Assembly: GCA_034780895.1 (NCBI GenBank)
Contig: JAUZTB010000072.1
Span: forward strand, 20,616,535 to 20,680,379
Length of the DNA stretch: 63,845 nt
Reading direction: 5' to 3'
DNA from: Rhynchobatus australiae
Lineage: Eukaryota
In this document: piece after piece, positions 1-13,015 of the stretch
Layout of the letters: every line of letters starts with the position of its first letter
How positions within the stretch are numbered: the stretch's first letter is position 1
Made by a program: the position numbers and the translations under genes
The notes under the pieces: model-generated
The model's input: only the letters and a program-made list of their open reading frames with translations
Databases searched by the model: none
What the model was told of the DNA's origin: nothing

Positions 1-649
1 TGCAAAGAAATCACTGAATGTAAAATTCAGCAAACCCCAAACTGATTTGCACGACAAAAGTCTTTATCTTTTCCTATTTTTTTGAATCTTGTCACCAAGC
101 AGCTTGCAAAGATTTACTATGAACTCAGTGTCATCCTTGTCATCCATCCTTCTCATTAATCAAACAGCTGAGTCCAACAAGACAGCAAGGGTTGTAGCAC
201 CAAAGGCCAATGTTTAGACTTCCAGATTAGTTAATTTGGAATCAATAGACAGCACATATGCATACACACATACTCTCCCCTTCAAGGCTAAGTCATTCCT
301 ATGATATTATTGCTTCTGCCGTTTTGTAAGGGGATCATAGAAGACTTTTTAAAGTTACATTCAATGTGAAACAGCCTGAAATATTAAAACAGGTTCAGCA
401 GATTAACCTCATTACATCATTGCAACTGTTAGATTTTAACACTCTCAAATATACACATGTGGTGTGTTTGATTTGATTGATCACTTTCCTGGACTCATTT
501 ACAATAAAACATTGTCCACATCTTTTCCTTAACTTCTCCTAACATAAACGTTGTCTTCAAATTTAGAAAAGCAAATTGGCAGCTCAGGAAATCAAGAACG
601 GAGATGGATGTGGGTACTCACAATGAGCATCTGATCCCAATGAGGGTTG

Positions 650-1255
650 ATTATTGGGTTTACAGATGGGCCTAGAAATGTCATCACACAATACAATTTC
701 ATGTGCGCCCGACTACAGAATTTATTGGGAAACTGTGCTGGATGCTCTTCAGGACTTACCAGACATCCTCAGAGATTTTGCTGCCAGGTCCTCAGTGTGT
801 TGACCTGGAAGTGCTGGACAAATGCAATCATGACACCCAAACAATGTAGAGACTCTTGCAGAAGCTGTCCTATGTTGCAAATGCAGGGCTTGCTTCGGCT
901 CGGCTGAAGAAGTTCCAGACTGTGGAGAACGGCACTGGAACCTGGCTGAGGATAGCCGATCATGAGCCCTTCTTCCTACTGATGCCACAATATATCCCTC
1001 AAGGTCCCAACCCCTGCTGCCTTGAATGAGGACATGAGGCTCAATGCAGATCTACGATGCACTTGAGTGTGTTGTAAAACTTTACAGGTCCTTCCAGAAG
1101 ATGCGCACTTTTGCCATTCACCTCATGCTGATCGCACCTTTCGTGACATCATAGGTGTCTAGATCATAATTTTTCATCAATCAGAATGGATTATTGTTCC
1201 TAAGGGATGTATCTTTAAATGGGCAAGGCTCCATGTAAGACCCAAGGATCCTGCA
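650..1255 (-). mobile_element. Possible heavily decayed L1/Tx1-type LINE ORF2 fragment
   Basis: Coding-like minus-strand tract with stops and frameshifts. It includes SSFKAAGVGTLRDIL, reminiscent of the post-RT region of Tx1-clade ORF2. Weak motif-level resemblance only. Confidence 0.25.
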
Positions 1256-2009
1256 TTTTCAAGAAATTGACTCCATAATACTTAAAGGAAAGACTTCCTT
1301 ACCAGTTTTCTTTTGCTTGGTTGCAAATTCTGACCCATGTAAAAATATTTCTTTGAAATTTTCACAGAATACTGGATGAGCAAAAACAGATTTAGCTACA
1401 TGCAGATGACAAGTCATAATGCAAATGTAAAAATAGGTTAATACCTTCCTGAAGACAATTGGTTGGAAGCTTGCAGTAAATAAGGAGACACAGATTTCAG
1501 AGAAGAAACCTTAAGTGTAATTTGGGTATACAACTGATTTGGATCATGGCAAAAGTGCAATGATTTCCTGCAGTTTCACCATAATTAAAAAATAAATAAA
1601 TAAATACAAAAGGCACAATTAGCCTTTGTCACAGACTCACTCGTGGACTCCTTAAGGTTCTTCTAAGGCTTATAGCAGCTCCTTCAATTAATTAGGTGAT
1701 CTAGAGGGGAAAACTGACCTTGTCTGATCTTGGCTGTCAACTAGGCAACAGAAAGGAGGAAATGGGAGAATAATAAAATTATTAATAGATAAAAAACTGC
1801 AATTTGCACACGCAGATAGGATATATTTACATATTTGGCAACATACATCAAACTTGAGCTGAATGTTTAATACTGTCACATAAAATATTTTAGGCTTAGA
1901 TGCTGAATTGCTCCTGGTTTGTTGTTCAACCACTCATCTAAGAGGCGTATCTAAGACTGTCAAACAAGTAGACCAATAACAGAGGCAACAGAAGGGGTCA
2001 ACAGGGGTG

Positions 2010-2330
2010 CTGGGAGCTGCACAGCAATATTGGCGAACATGTGGAAGCTGTCATGTGGTTACAGAAAATGTCACTGAAGAGCAGCATGTGGATGAGGATT
2101 AGTTGGGAATCCAGAGATGCAGCCTTGGGAGACTCTGGGAGGTGAAAGGAAGCAAAGTCACAACTAGGGATGCTATGGCTATAAATAGATAGGAAACCAA
2201 GAGAGTGTCATCCCACAAAATTTTACAAGGGCGAAGCAAAGATTGGGTTAAAGGATGCAGAGATCAAGGAGGCTGACGAGGATGGTTCTCTAAGGAATCA
2301 GGTAACATAAGCCTTATATAGATCCTGACA
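2010..2330 (-). mobile_element. L2-clade LINE reverse transcriptase relic
   Basis: Minus strand gives LDLSAS (LDLSAAF), GVSQG (GVPQG) and SFHMFA (FHMYADD) in the expected order, with frameshifts. Confidence 0.7.
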
Positions 2331-3113
2331 GAAATCTTGACAAAAATAAGTAAGCTGAATGAGACTGAATGGCCTTCTCTTGCTGTTAATTTTCAGTATA
2401 TTTTTCATGGTCCTGATGATTATAGGCATGGGTAGATGACTTAAAAGAATGACCCTTCCTGGGGAAGAGTAATATTAAAAAAACAAGCATAAAAGTCACA
2501 CTTTGTGATTTTGCATTGTTCTATCTTTTTCATTTGCCCTTTCATGGCTATTAATTAATGATTAATAATTAAGCAAACTTTGATATTTAAAGGACCTGAT
2601 AACATTTGTAGTGCCTGAGATCTCCGAAAACTCCATTCCTTTTTCTGGTTGATCTGATAAAAGGCAATTTCATTTAATTACAGATCCTGACAAATTAAAA
2701 CATTTGCATACATTTTATTTGAGAGGAAAGTTGGAGAGAAAGCTTGAAAGTCATTTCTGTTGAGCAATACCGTTTATACAAAAACTTAACCTATTCATCA
2801 TTCACATGCAGGGAACTGGATCAGATTCTGTAAATGTGTCATATAAATATCCTTTCTAGGAGAATTTGCCTTCCATCTGCAGCATTTCCTCAAAGGCTGT
2901 ATGTTTTCAATGCAGCAACTATACTTGCTAACCATTAGTTCTTAGTCACAAAATATGAACTTTGCTATCCAACCATAAAATGCAGACTGTTTATTGAGAC
3001 TGTCTGGTCAGTTACTCAAAACCAGACAGCACATTTCATTGAACAAAACCGCAATTACAAGGTTGGACTGACCCTTTCCTCACCTCTCAGCAGACAAATG
3101 TTTTATGCACACT

Positions 3114-3638
3114 GGGGTACAAATTTGTCATAGTTGGGTCATGGGCACAAAGGTGGCAATGAGCCGGGAGGCTAGAGGTTCTCAAACTGATTCCATTGTT
3201 AACTTGGCCTACAGCTCAATCTTGTCTTGGCTCCACAGACAGCCTGCCAAATGGAGAAATTAATCCCAGGTCACCAGCAGGATCAGTACACCTAAGACTC
3301 TAGTAAGCTTTCCTGCAGCATGCCTACCCCTTCCTGGCTTAACATTAATGGTTTTGTTGCTCTCTTTAATAATAATAAAAAAAGAGAATCCAAAACAGAG
3401 CTCACCAACACCTGGCCATCTTTGAAATGCAGTGCACTGGCAAGATAGCTTCAGGCAGGTGTTTCATTCCTCACCTATCAATGGGAGAGGCGCAGCACTG
3501 GTTCTGGGGAACACCTGACACAATATGTGGTGTGATTCAGCCATTCCTTTGGGTGCAGGAGATTCATCCCCAAAAGTGGCTCCCTTTGTAATTACAATCA
3601 ATCCAAAGACTGCCACAATGGGGCCCAATTTCTACCCC
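3114..3638. mobile_element. Non-autonomous DNA transposon (MITE, Harbinger-like)
   Basis: Terminal inverted repeats GGGGTACAAATTTG (3114) and GGGGTAGAAATTGG (reverse complement ending 3638). Flanks ACT and ATT are a near-identical 3-bp target duplication. Confidence 0.5.
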
Positions 3639-4589
3639 ATTGATCTTGCTCTCAATCCTTGAAAAAACAAAGGATGTGCTCAAACACAGAGATGGCTTCT
3701 GCTTGCTAACAGATATTGAAAGATGTGTATTTTTTTTTTACTTTCAGCTTTGTGACACTCATGAAATATTAAATAGATAATGTCAAATATTCCAATGCCT
3801 TACCAAAATCTAGTGATTAAGCCGACAAACTCTGTCACACTTCGCAATGCTTCTGGGCACCATGATGAAATATTTTAGTGAACTCAGTCCTCAAATGTGA
3901 TGGAGAAATCTGTCCCTTGTCTGGTGACACATTTTCTGAGATTAGATATTAGGCCTCTATGCATTTGACACAGAGATACCTGGTGACACTGAATGGCAGG
4001 TAGGAGATCGTACAGTGCTGGTGAAGCATGCAGATGCCTTGCACTTTGAAGCAATCTGTAAAGTTGAGGGCTGCTTCCTCAAGTTAAAGGGCCCAATCTT
4101 ACCTGAGCTTCTTTTGGGATGGTTGAGCTGTACATCTTCTTCCAGCTAGGTACTTTCTCTGTGTTCTGTTAGCGATAAATTGCATCGTGCCTCTCAATCA
4201 TCTCACCAACAACCTTCCCCTCCCAACAACATCTCCTGATATTCCAGCCCCTCCATGATCCTTCTTATCCTTCCCTTCCCCACCAATCATTTCTGGCCTT
4301 CTGCAATCAAGTTTCTAATTCACTTCCTCTGCCAACTAAACTAATGGCAGGACATTGCGAATGGAAGACCTCTGTGCATGTTTCCTTGTGTGGAGTCTAT
4401 TTTACTGGGCTTGGTGCCTTAGGCATCACATAAGATAGCAGTCCACTGTCTCAGATAAAACTGATGCAGATCCCTTGTATGCTGTTGCTGTAAACGCACA
4501 CTTTCAGACTCATTACAACACTCAATAACTTAGATTCTGTTTGTCCACCAAAATGCATTTGAGGTGTTCAAGGGAAGTACCCACAGACA

Positions 4590-4710
4590 GATGTGGAATT
4601 AGTGATGTTCGCAATGTCGGATGGTGTGGAAAGATGCTCATTCACAATACAAGACGGGCATTGACCAATGGGCTGAATGGCCATCTTCTCAGTTGTAAAT
4701 TCCAAGTAAA
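4590..4710 (+). mobile_element. CR1/SINE 3' tail fragment
   Basis: Ends in ATGGGCTGAATGGCC-TCTTCT..GTTGTAAATTC, the typical CR1-family 3' tail also seen in other copies in this window. Confidence 0.55.
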
Positions 4711-4789
4711 ATGGTTTTAGTTCAGATCTTCCAAAGTTTATATGCAATTCAGAGAAGGTAATGGGGACCCACAATCACAGGATGTTCAA

Positions 4790-5410
4790 ATGCCAGCCGT
4801 GACATTCCAAAATCTTTCCCAATGTTGCATCAAATATAGCTACATCAGAGAAGGGGGTACATTTTCAGATCAAAGAACCTGGAGAATATGTCATTCACGT
4901 CTGACCACTTGAGGCTAATGAGACAATTACTGCCATGTAGACTGCTGAAATGCCAGAAGAATCATGAGATGAGATCACATGGGTTGAATTAAAGACTAGA
5001 ATAAGAAAGAGGTGATGGCTCCACTGGACCCAACTGTTAAAAAAATTGTTAGAGGTAAACAGAATTCGAATTCTGAGGTGCAAAAGTAACAGGGCAGTAA
5101 TAGAAAGAAATTTCATTAACTTGAAAAGAAACAATGGAAAAGTTACAGATGGTGGAGAATTCTTTAGAATGTATTTGAAAATATGTTTGAATCAGTACAC
5201 AGTAAGTGCAACAAAATAGGGGCTGATTCTGGTAGTTCCAGGCAATAAAGCTGGTTTGGCGAGAAGGGTGGAGAAACACTTTTGTGGTGTTCAGTAAGAG
5301 TTTGGATAGCAATAGAAAAGGATAAATTGAGTTCCCAGTGCAGGAGGGCCAAATGTACTAGACTGAGGTACAATTTAGCAAAAATTGACTGGAAACAGCT
5401 ATTAAAAATG
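4790..5410 (+). mobile_element. CR1 LINE endonuclease-region relic
   Basis: Degenerate translation gives ITWVELK, CKSNRAVI, LNQYTVSATK, IEKDK and LAKIDWKQL, collinear with the CR1 ORF2 APE endonuclease and linker. Confidence 0.6.
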
Positions 5411-5459
5411 TTAAACAGTTGAAAGCAGGAATCAGGTTTAAGAACATCACCATTTCAGC

Positions 5460-5700
5460 AATGGATGGAAGATCAATGAAGCAGTTGAAGATGGCTGGGC
5501 TTAAGACACGGAGTTGAGAAACTCCTACAGTGATGCTTATTAATCAAGATAATTGACCACCAACAATCAAATCACCTTCCTTTGTGTGTGGTATGTCTCC
5601 AGCCAGTGAGGAGCTTTCCCTAGCTTCTTATTGACTTCAGTTTTATAGGATCATTGATGCCATTCAGGTCAAACAATACCTTGCATCAAGAGCAGGCATA
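5460..5700 (-). mobile_element. CR1-group LINE RT segment, inverted relative to the rest of the element
   Basis: Minus strand is a decayed version of ALDIKAAFDRVWH...GVPQGSVLGP..FSCFINDLPS. NDLPS lies at the left end (5461-5480). Confidence 0.7.
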
Positions 5701-5707
5701 CTTGCAA

Positions 5708-6610
5708 TGGGGGTGTTCATCAATGAATGCATTAAGTTCAACTCCACTTAAACCCTCTCAGAAAATAAAGCAGTCTATACCCACAGGAGCAAGATATGGA
5801 TATCGTTTAGGCATGGACAGCTGCATGGAAAACAGTATTTATGCCATTTAACTGTCTAAACCCTCTTGACATTCAATGGCATTAACTTCACTCATCATCC
5901 CACCATCAAGATCCTGGAGATCTCATTGACCAGATTGGCCAAAAAAATGTAATGACTAGAAGAGCTGGATATCCTGTGATGGGTGACACATCTCCCTACT
6001 CCTAAAGCCTTTGCACCATCTCTGAAGGGCAAGACAGACATGTGATGGTAAACTCTCCATTTGCCTGCATTGCTGCAGCTTCGACACACCACCCAGGACA
6101 AAAGGAGTCTCCTTGACTTACAGCCCATCCAGCACCTTAGACATTCACTCTCTCCATCGCTCATGCAGCAATAATCAAGTAATAAATGTTGCAGCCTTNN
6201 NNNNNNNNNNNNNNNNNNNNNNNNNNNNNNNNNNNNNNNNNNNNNNNNNNNNNNNNNNNNNNNNNNNNNNNNNNNNNNNNNNNNNNNNNNNNNNNNNNNN
6301 NNNNNNNNNNNNNNNNNATGGAAGTTCCAATCCAAGTTACATACTTGTAGGGGATGTGGAAATATACTATTATTTCTTCATCATCAGTGGGTCTTAACAC
6401 AGGCACTCTCTAGCCAACAGCAGGGCAGAAGTATAATTCTATGATTCTGTATGAGGTGGGCCAATAGGGCTTGTTTCTGTGCTGTACAATTAGAAGTACT
6501 GCCACTTCAAGGATAAAATGGATCAAATTAACGCTCAACACCATCGTTTCAATGACAACTTCACATCAGAAATAAATGCTGGCCTTATCAGGCATGGTTG
6601 TTAAAAGAAA
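5708..6610 (+). mobile_element. CR1-group LINE, RT C-terminal half to 3' end (spans N-gap 6199-6317)
   Basis: Begins at a decayed GMFADD motif. Continues with LTFNGI, PTIKILEISLT(IDQ), VTHLPTPKAFAP, TQDK and DIHSLHR, and ends with an AATAAATGCTGGCCT-type 3' end. A small CR1 tail is inserted at about 6435-6490. Confidence 0.7.
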
Positions 6611-9217
6611 AATCAGGTTCAGAACAGGGAACGGCATTTAAGGAGGGTCATTACAGGTTCAGATCAATGCATAATGCAGCTGGATCAGCACTCCGTATAC
6701 TGCCTCTAACATTCATTGAGCAATGGAATGAAATTTAGGGGCAGAGTTTAATGCACTGACACGACTACAAAGCACAAATGGTATCACGCTCTTTGGATGA
6801 ATTTCCAGATACACTTTCTCATTAAGGAAATGTGTTATATTTTGAAATTTGGACTGTCTGGATGTCAAGGATGGATTGAATAATGCAAAAAAAAAAGGGA
6901 AATTTTAAAGGAAAGCTTCTGTCTAATATTGAGAATCCAATATTACAGAAAGTCTGCAAGGGTATGCAAAGATCAGGGGTGAAATTGAAAACTTAAAAGG
7001 GAAACTTAAATATGATTTATAAATCATAACAGGTATGCAAATAAAGGAAAGAGCAGGTAGCAGGAACTCCAATAGGTTTTTCTGTTCCAAGGCTGAGAGA
7101 TCTGCCTCTTGAGCCAGTGCTGGTTAAACCTAGAAGACATTCACTGCTGGGAGATAAGTATTTGTTTACTTTTTATTTAAATTGGTTTCTTAGTGAATGG
7201 GTTTTAGTATAGTAAATGTTAATTAAAAACATCAATATTTTTTAAACAGTATATTTTATTTCTTATTTTTAAAAGCCCAAGTGGTCCTGAATGTATGCGA
7301 CTGACATTCAGTGACTGAAATAACAGTGACTGGTGGATTTGGCAGCTGGTGAGGGGTTTAAGGGGAGGAAGGGGCACATTGAACAGTGCAGCCTGCTTGC
7401 ACTGTGGCAGCCCCTCTGCTGTCCCAAGCTGGGCCTAAATGTCAGGAGCCAGGCCAGGCTCCCCATGCATGACTACATCAGGGACCGTGCTTAGTGTGGC
7501 CCAGGAGCAGTCAGCTAGTGGTTTCTGCCAAAACCACCCCCACTCCTCCACCATCCCCAATTATTAAACAGCAAGAGAAGATGTTGAAAGGTCCAGCACC
7601 TTTAAAGACAAATTAATTATCAGGACCAGGATGTTTAGAAAAGTAGGAGGAGGAAATAATGGGTGCATGAACCACCATACTCCAATCCCCTCTGGTCACA
7701 GGAATGGTGCCTGGGAGATTGATTTTGCTGTTAAAGGGGGCACAGCAAAAGGTAAAAAGTGATATAAACACACACCACATTTAAGAGTGCCTGGCCACGC
7801 TCTCGACATCCCATTGCCCATAAGCCTATCGGCCAAGAGCAAAAATATGTATGTAATTGGACTGAATCGCTCTTTTTCAGCTGGCACAGACTTGGAAGAG
7901 ACAAATGGCCTCTTCCTGTGCTGTTCATTTCCATAACACATGAAAACAGAACAAGTTCCATCCCTCTGATCTGTGCTCCACTGAAAAAGTAAAATTGTTT
8001 TATGAAATCCTATATACATGCATGGGGGGGGAGCTGCAGGAAACCGGCTGCAAAACACAACGATTTTGTCATTCCCTTAAGGAGACCAAGTCAAGTTAGA
8101 GAAAGGCAATTCTGTTGTGTACTTATTGGTACAGTGCACCTCAACTTCTGTGGGAGTTACAGCACACGGTACTGGCAGAAGTAAATAGGATGAACTGCTC
8201 TCTTCTATCCGGTGACCTCCACTGGCCTATGCATATATATAAACCTGCACACATAAAAACCAAGTCAAAATAATAAGGCCATAGCCTTGAACTTTAAATG
8301 GACAGTTTGAAACAGTAAAGAACTTTTCTAATGCCCCAGAGAAATTACAGTACTTTCCCAGACAAGCTTTGCTTTTCCTNNNNNNNNNNNNNNNNNNNNN
8401 NNNNNNNNNNNNNNNNNNNNNNNNNNNNNNNNNNNNNNNNNNNNNNNNNNNNNNNNNNNNNNNNNNNNNNNNNNNNNNNNNNNNNNNNNNNNNNNNNNNN
8501 NNNNNNNNNNNNNNNNNNNNNNNNNNNNNNNNNNNNNNNNNNNNNNNNNNNNNNNNNNNNNNNNNNNNNNNNNNNNNNNNNNNNNNNNNNNNNNNNNNNN
8601 NNNNNNNNNNNNNNNNNNNNNNNNNNGAGCAGAACACTGAGAAAGAAATGAATACTATTGCTTTATATAAATGAATGATAATTTGCCCAATTATACATTT
8701 GGCACTAAACACTAGTTTCATTCTAAACCAACTACCAGTGCAGCAAGCCAGAATTGTGCAACTGGGCAATTTTGTTTCAATTTAAAAACTAACAGACAGA
8801 CTGCCAAATGTCAGCATTTGTTAATCTGGCTATGTTAAGCAGCAGCTGGCAGCGAATGAGGAGTATGCACATATAAATTTAAAAAACGTAAAATTCAAGT
8901 GCTCCATTATTTACTTTAAACATTGTACGCTTCTGGAATAGGAGTAGGAGTCTTTCAATTAAACTCAGCTACATACACTTGCTTCTCCTGTAGGTAACAC
9001 ACACGGTGCTGAGCAGTTCTTAAGTTATTAAGATTCTTTTGAGCAATGTAACCCTTTTATTACAGACAGCTGCTTTTCATCTCTAGTGATTTAATTTCTT
9101 TGTGTTTTTTATTTTTATTTAAGAAAACATTTTAAAATCTATTAAGTTCATTAGATGTTGTGTTAAGAAAACCTCTAGACCTTTAGAAAACCTTCCGTAG
9201 GATGACCTTCAGAAGCC

Positions 9218-9600
9218 TGCAACACAGAAGGGGTTGTGTGTCTCCCTTGTATCTTTAAAGACTGCTTTGCCAAAAATTTCTGAAACTAATGTCAATGCCC
9301 TGCTCTAACTCTACACCACCTTATGCATCAAATATTTATCCAAATTTCCCTTCAAAATTACACGTCTCCAGCTCGCCAGTCCCAAAGCAAAGCATGCCAG
9401 GCTCTAAGAGCCATTGTGTAAAGAAACTATCTGAATCTCTGCCCTCAGCAATAATTTCAAACTGATGTCCCTGTTGTCACTATCCGCCCAAACACAGGAT
9501 ATAGTCTTTTCCTATTTATTAATACTTATCATAATAGCATTTTTAAATCCTTCATCACGTCTCCAGTTTGGTTTCCCAGGAAAATATTTCAGTACATCCA
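9218..9600 (-). mobile_element. CR1 LINE 3' end, decayed
   Basis: Starts with a CAACACAGAAGG tail and continues with ATATTTATCCAAATTTCCCTT and TGTGTAAAGAAA blocks, collinear with the better-preserved CR1 ends at 17299 and 45175. Confidence 0.55.
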
Positions 9601-10994
9601 TTTCTCTGGCTTGCTTACAGAATTCATATGAAAGGTGTGACATGTTGGCTTTAACAAAATTCTCCATTCAAATATATCTACCTATCATTTCAGAAATTAA
9701 CAAGCCTTCCTATACCACATGGAACATACACAAGTGCAGGAAACCTGGTTTACAAAGTCATCCTTGGAAAACTTAAAGGACTTACCTGCAAATGTTCAAT
9801 GTAGATAATCATGATGTTATATGAAAAAGAAGCAGAGAAAAATATTATTAGAACAGTATTATCTGGACCCTTCTTCTTTATAGTACATTTTAAACATGGG
9901 ACTACCTAAATGTGACACTGATTTTAAGACCATCCACAATTTGTTTTATAAATAATTTAAAAAGGGACTGATCTTATCCTCTTGCTGACTTTTATTATTG
10001 AAACTTTACTGGTAAAATAAAATCATTTAATGGCCAACATTAGAGAAGGAGAGGGAGAGGGATATATTAAAGAAAAATATATATAAAAAATGGTTCACTC
10101 AACAGGTAACCATCTGAGACAGATACAACCAAGCCTTTGAGAAACTCGCCTTGTAATACTGTATTTTATCATCGACATTTCTACCATGGTTGATCAACAC
10201 GATTAATAACAGATTTCCCAGTAAGCATTAGCCCCAGAGGGATGCATTATCTGGAGTATTCAGCATGAGAGTAGCAATGTTGATCAGCAGGCTTCACTTG
10301 CACATACCAAGTTCACTTGCTCTATATTTTTCTACATGATATTTTTAAACAGATTTTATCCCATTTATTATAAGTGGATTAACATGCATAAAAACACAAA
10401 ATGAAGGAAGGCCATTTAGTGCCTTGTTCAATTACATCTGAAATGCAACAATTATGGAATTTATGTGACTACAATGAATTTCAACAAATCACACTCAGGA
10501 TCATTTTTACTGGGAAATCCATCAAGACAATCGGTAGACAGAAAAAAGGACCACAGTGAAACAAACTGGATACAACTATAGAATCTAGACTTCCCCACAG
10601 GTCAGTTGCACATTAGTTCTTTCAAAAGGATTGCGTTTCTCCAAATAATCCATAGAAATGTGCTATTTTGTTTTACTAGAATGCAGGTCACACTGTTAAG
10701 GAGCCACTGGGCAAAACAGACAAAGTTGACAGACTGACTTGCTTTTGCATGCTGGTCTAAGGCCATTTAAGTGTCCCAGTAAATTTGAGATGCTAAGTGG
10801 GTTTTACACCTGTAGCCAATCAAAGTGGGATTTGGGAATCCCAGCATGCTGGAACTATGTCCGAGGCCTTATGTTTTTCCTGAACCAAAAATTTCTTGGA
10901 TCATTCTTTGAGCAGGGTAAAGTGGCCCCTAGTTCCAAAGCTTGCTATAACTTGTTAGAACTTGTGCAGTGAAAGATCAGCCCACTAACACTTC

Positions 10995-11110
10995 AATTGC
11001 TGGAAGTCCAAAATATAAACAGAAAATTTTGGAGGCATTCCAGTCAGGCAGCTTCTGTGGAGAGAGGAATAGCAGCATTTCAGATGTGAGTATTCCCAGC
11101 TTTTGTTACA
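10995..11110 (-). mobile_element. Penelope-like terminal repeat fragment
   Basis: GCTGGAAGTCC..AAACAGAAAATTTTGGA..GTCAGGCAGCTTCTGTGGAGAGAG is the reverse complement of the repeat tail at 17075-17155 and 30745-30830. Confidence 0.55.
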
Positions 11111-13015
11111 GTTTAGGGATCCTGCTCTTATTTGTGGAGCTGAACAGAACTCACAAGAGGTCACAAATTAGACCCAATGGAAATTATGAACTCCTCGAAT
11201 ATGTGATTGTAGTTATGAGGAACAGACCACAGAGCACCTAACAACCCAACCTGCAATCCATAAACACAGAAGAGCTACCAGGGTGGTGCACTCTACTAGC
11301 CAAGGTACAACTATCAGGCTTTGACATCACTGTGTGAAATTATAGTTGTTGCCCTTGTAGATGGTTGTATGAAAGAGAAGGAGTCAGGGAGAGACACAGA
11401 CAGAGAAAGTGTTGGGCTGGGGAGGAGGTGGAGAGAGACAGAAAGTGGATGATGATCCTTTTGTCACAAACTATTTAATGAGTTCTTTGTTTTAAACTGA
11501 AATTGAAGACACTGCAGACAAAATCAATAATGCAATTATTTGCAGTCGAACTTGTACACCCTTTGAGCATTTTAATATAAAGTGAGAAGAGAGTAACTGC
11601 TGCATGATCTCTTAAATACAGCCAATGAATGCCTACAAAAGGAATGAAAAGGAATGCCAGTTCTTTAATGTAGTATTCTGTTTCTTCAGCTTTCCTCTCC
11701 TGCTTCCAAAAAAAAGTATTCAATAGCTGTACAGCACAGATTGGGAGGGAAGGCTAGCGATTGAAGATCATGCCAAGTTTCCATCTGGAACCAGACCCTT
11801 TCATTCGTTGTGGTCGTCTATACAAAAGCCTTATGGTGCAGCAAAATGCCATGAATTATGTATTAAAGTCTACAGACATTGTAAGGGAGTGTGGGGGACC
11901 TGCGACATGAGCATGGTGATCTATACAAGTCAGAGTATACTCAAAAAGGGGGAAACAGTACAAGGTTTGGGGCAGGGAGTAGAAATGTGCACAATTCACA
12001 GCTTGGTGTGGGAGAGCCAAGTTAAACATAAAAAGCATTTGTGCATGAAAATGAGCCCCATCTATTTGCGAAGAGAGATTTTTTTCTTTCTCTTCAATGA
12101 GTGTATCACTAGGTTATAACTAGGTCTGTTAAACCCCAATCTATGCTAAATCTACATGACATCAATCACTTATAAGATATTTAACTAGAAATTCTAGTGT
12201 GCCATAAGGGACACCCGAGCGACAAGTGTTAGTTGTTGGCACTCTTTCAAAAATTTCAAGTTGCACATTTTTGGCACTGAAAATATACCACCCGACTGAA
12301 AATATACAATCCTGGAGGCTGGTTCTGACTGTCAGTGGCCACTGGACCTACACTGTGCCTGGGGATGAAACATAATAAAACCAATGGGCTGCTTGTGACG
12401 GGTTGGGACTGAAACTGGAAAGAAAATGGGTCCCGGGCCAGGCCAGTCATGTTGTAGGGAATCAGGGGCTGGAGTTTTAAAGTGGGCAGAGAGTGGGGGG
12501 GATGGATCATGGGTTTAAGGAAGGAAATTGGATAGATAAGGGTGGGAAGGGAAGTAGTTGGAGAGGTTAGTGCCTTGTTGGGATTGGAGTGCCCACATAT
12601 GAAGGATTGTGCCGCGCTAGTAAGACCAGATTGTCCCAGCAGTGCTGAAAAGACCAACCTCCCAGAGTGATATGATCTGTATTCCCCAACAATGTTTCTA
12701 GTCAAACTCCTAAGTGAAGTAGCAGTGTGGAAATCCATTTTCTGCTGTGTAAAGCTGAAAAAGAACAGCGGTTCGCAGCTGAATTTGTCGGTGGTTCTCC
12801 TTTCCCCCAAAAACACTACGAATATTTAAAACAAATTGAGTAAGGCAATATTGAATTTTCTTGCAGCTACACTAGTTGTAGGGTAAAGCTGCCTAAAAAC
12901 TGATGCCTTCACTACAACGTAGTGAAATCCCTCAAGAAAAACTTCATAAAAATAGTTAAAAATTTTAAAATATTTTAAAAGAACTCTCAAACACAAGCAG
13001 AATTTACTGAAATCA

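Noticed and set aside
1297-1338. ATG-GGT..CTG|GTAAGG giving MGQNLQPSKRKL, a myristoylation-like first exon
   Set aside because: No promoter features and no recognised peptide; several such donor matches are expected by chance in 64 kb.
2179-2188. Perfect MEF2 site CTATAAATAG
   Set aside because: Lies within a decayed L2 RT fragment, with no independent support.
4095-4150. Minus-strand CAG|GTAAGA donor, and similar donors near 23810 and 61605
   Set aside because: No convincing acceptor, pyrimidine tract or recognisable reading frame.
12256-12816. 186-aa minus-strand ORF
   Set aside because: Low-complexity Pro/Leu/Ser-rich antisense of a G-rich, probably repeat-derived tract; no family resemblance and a non-ATG start.
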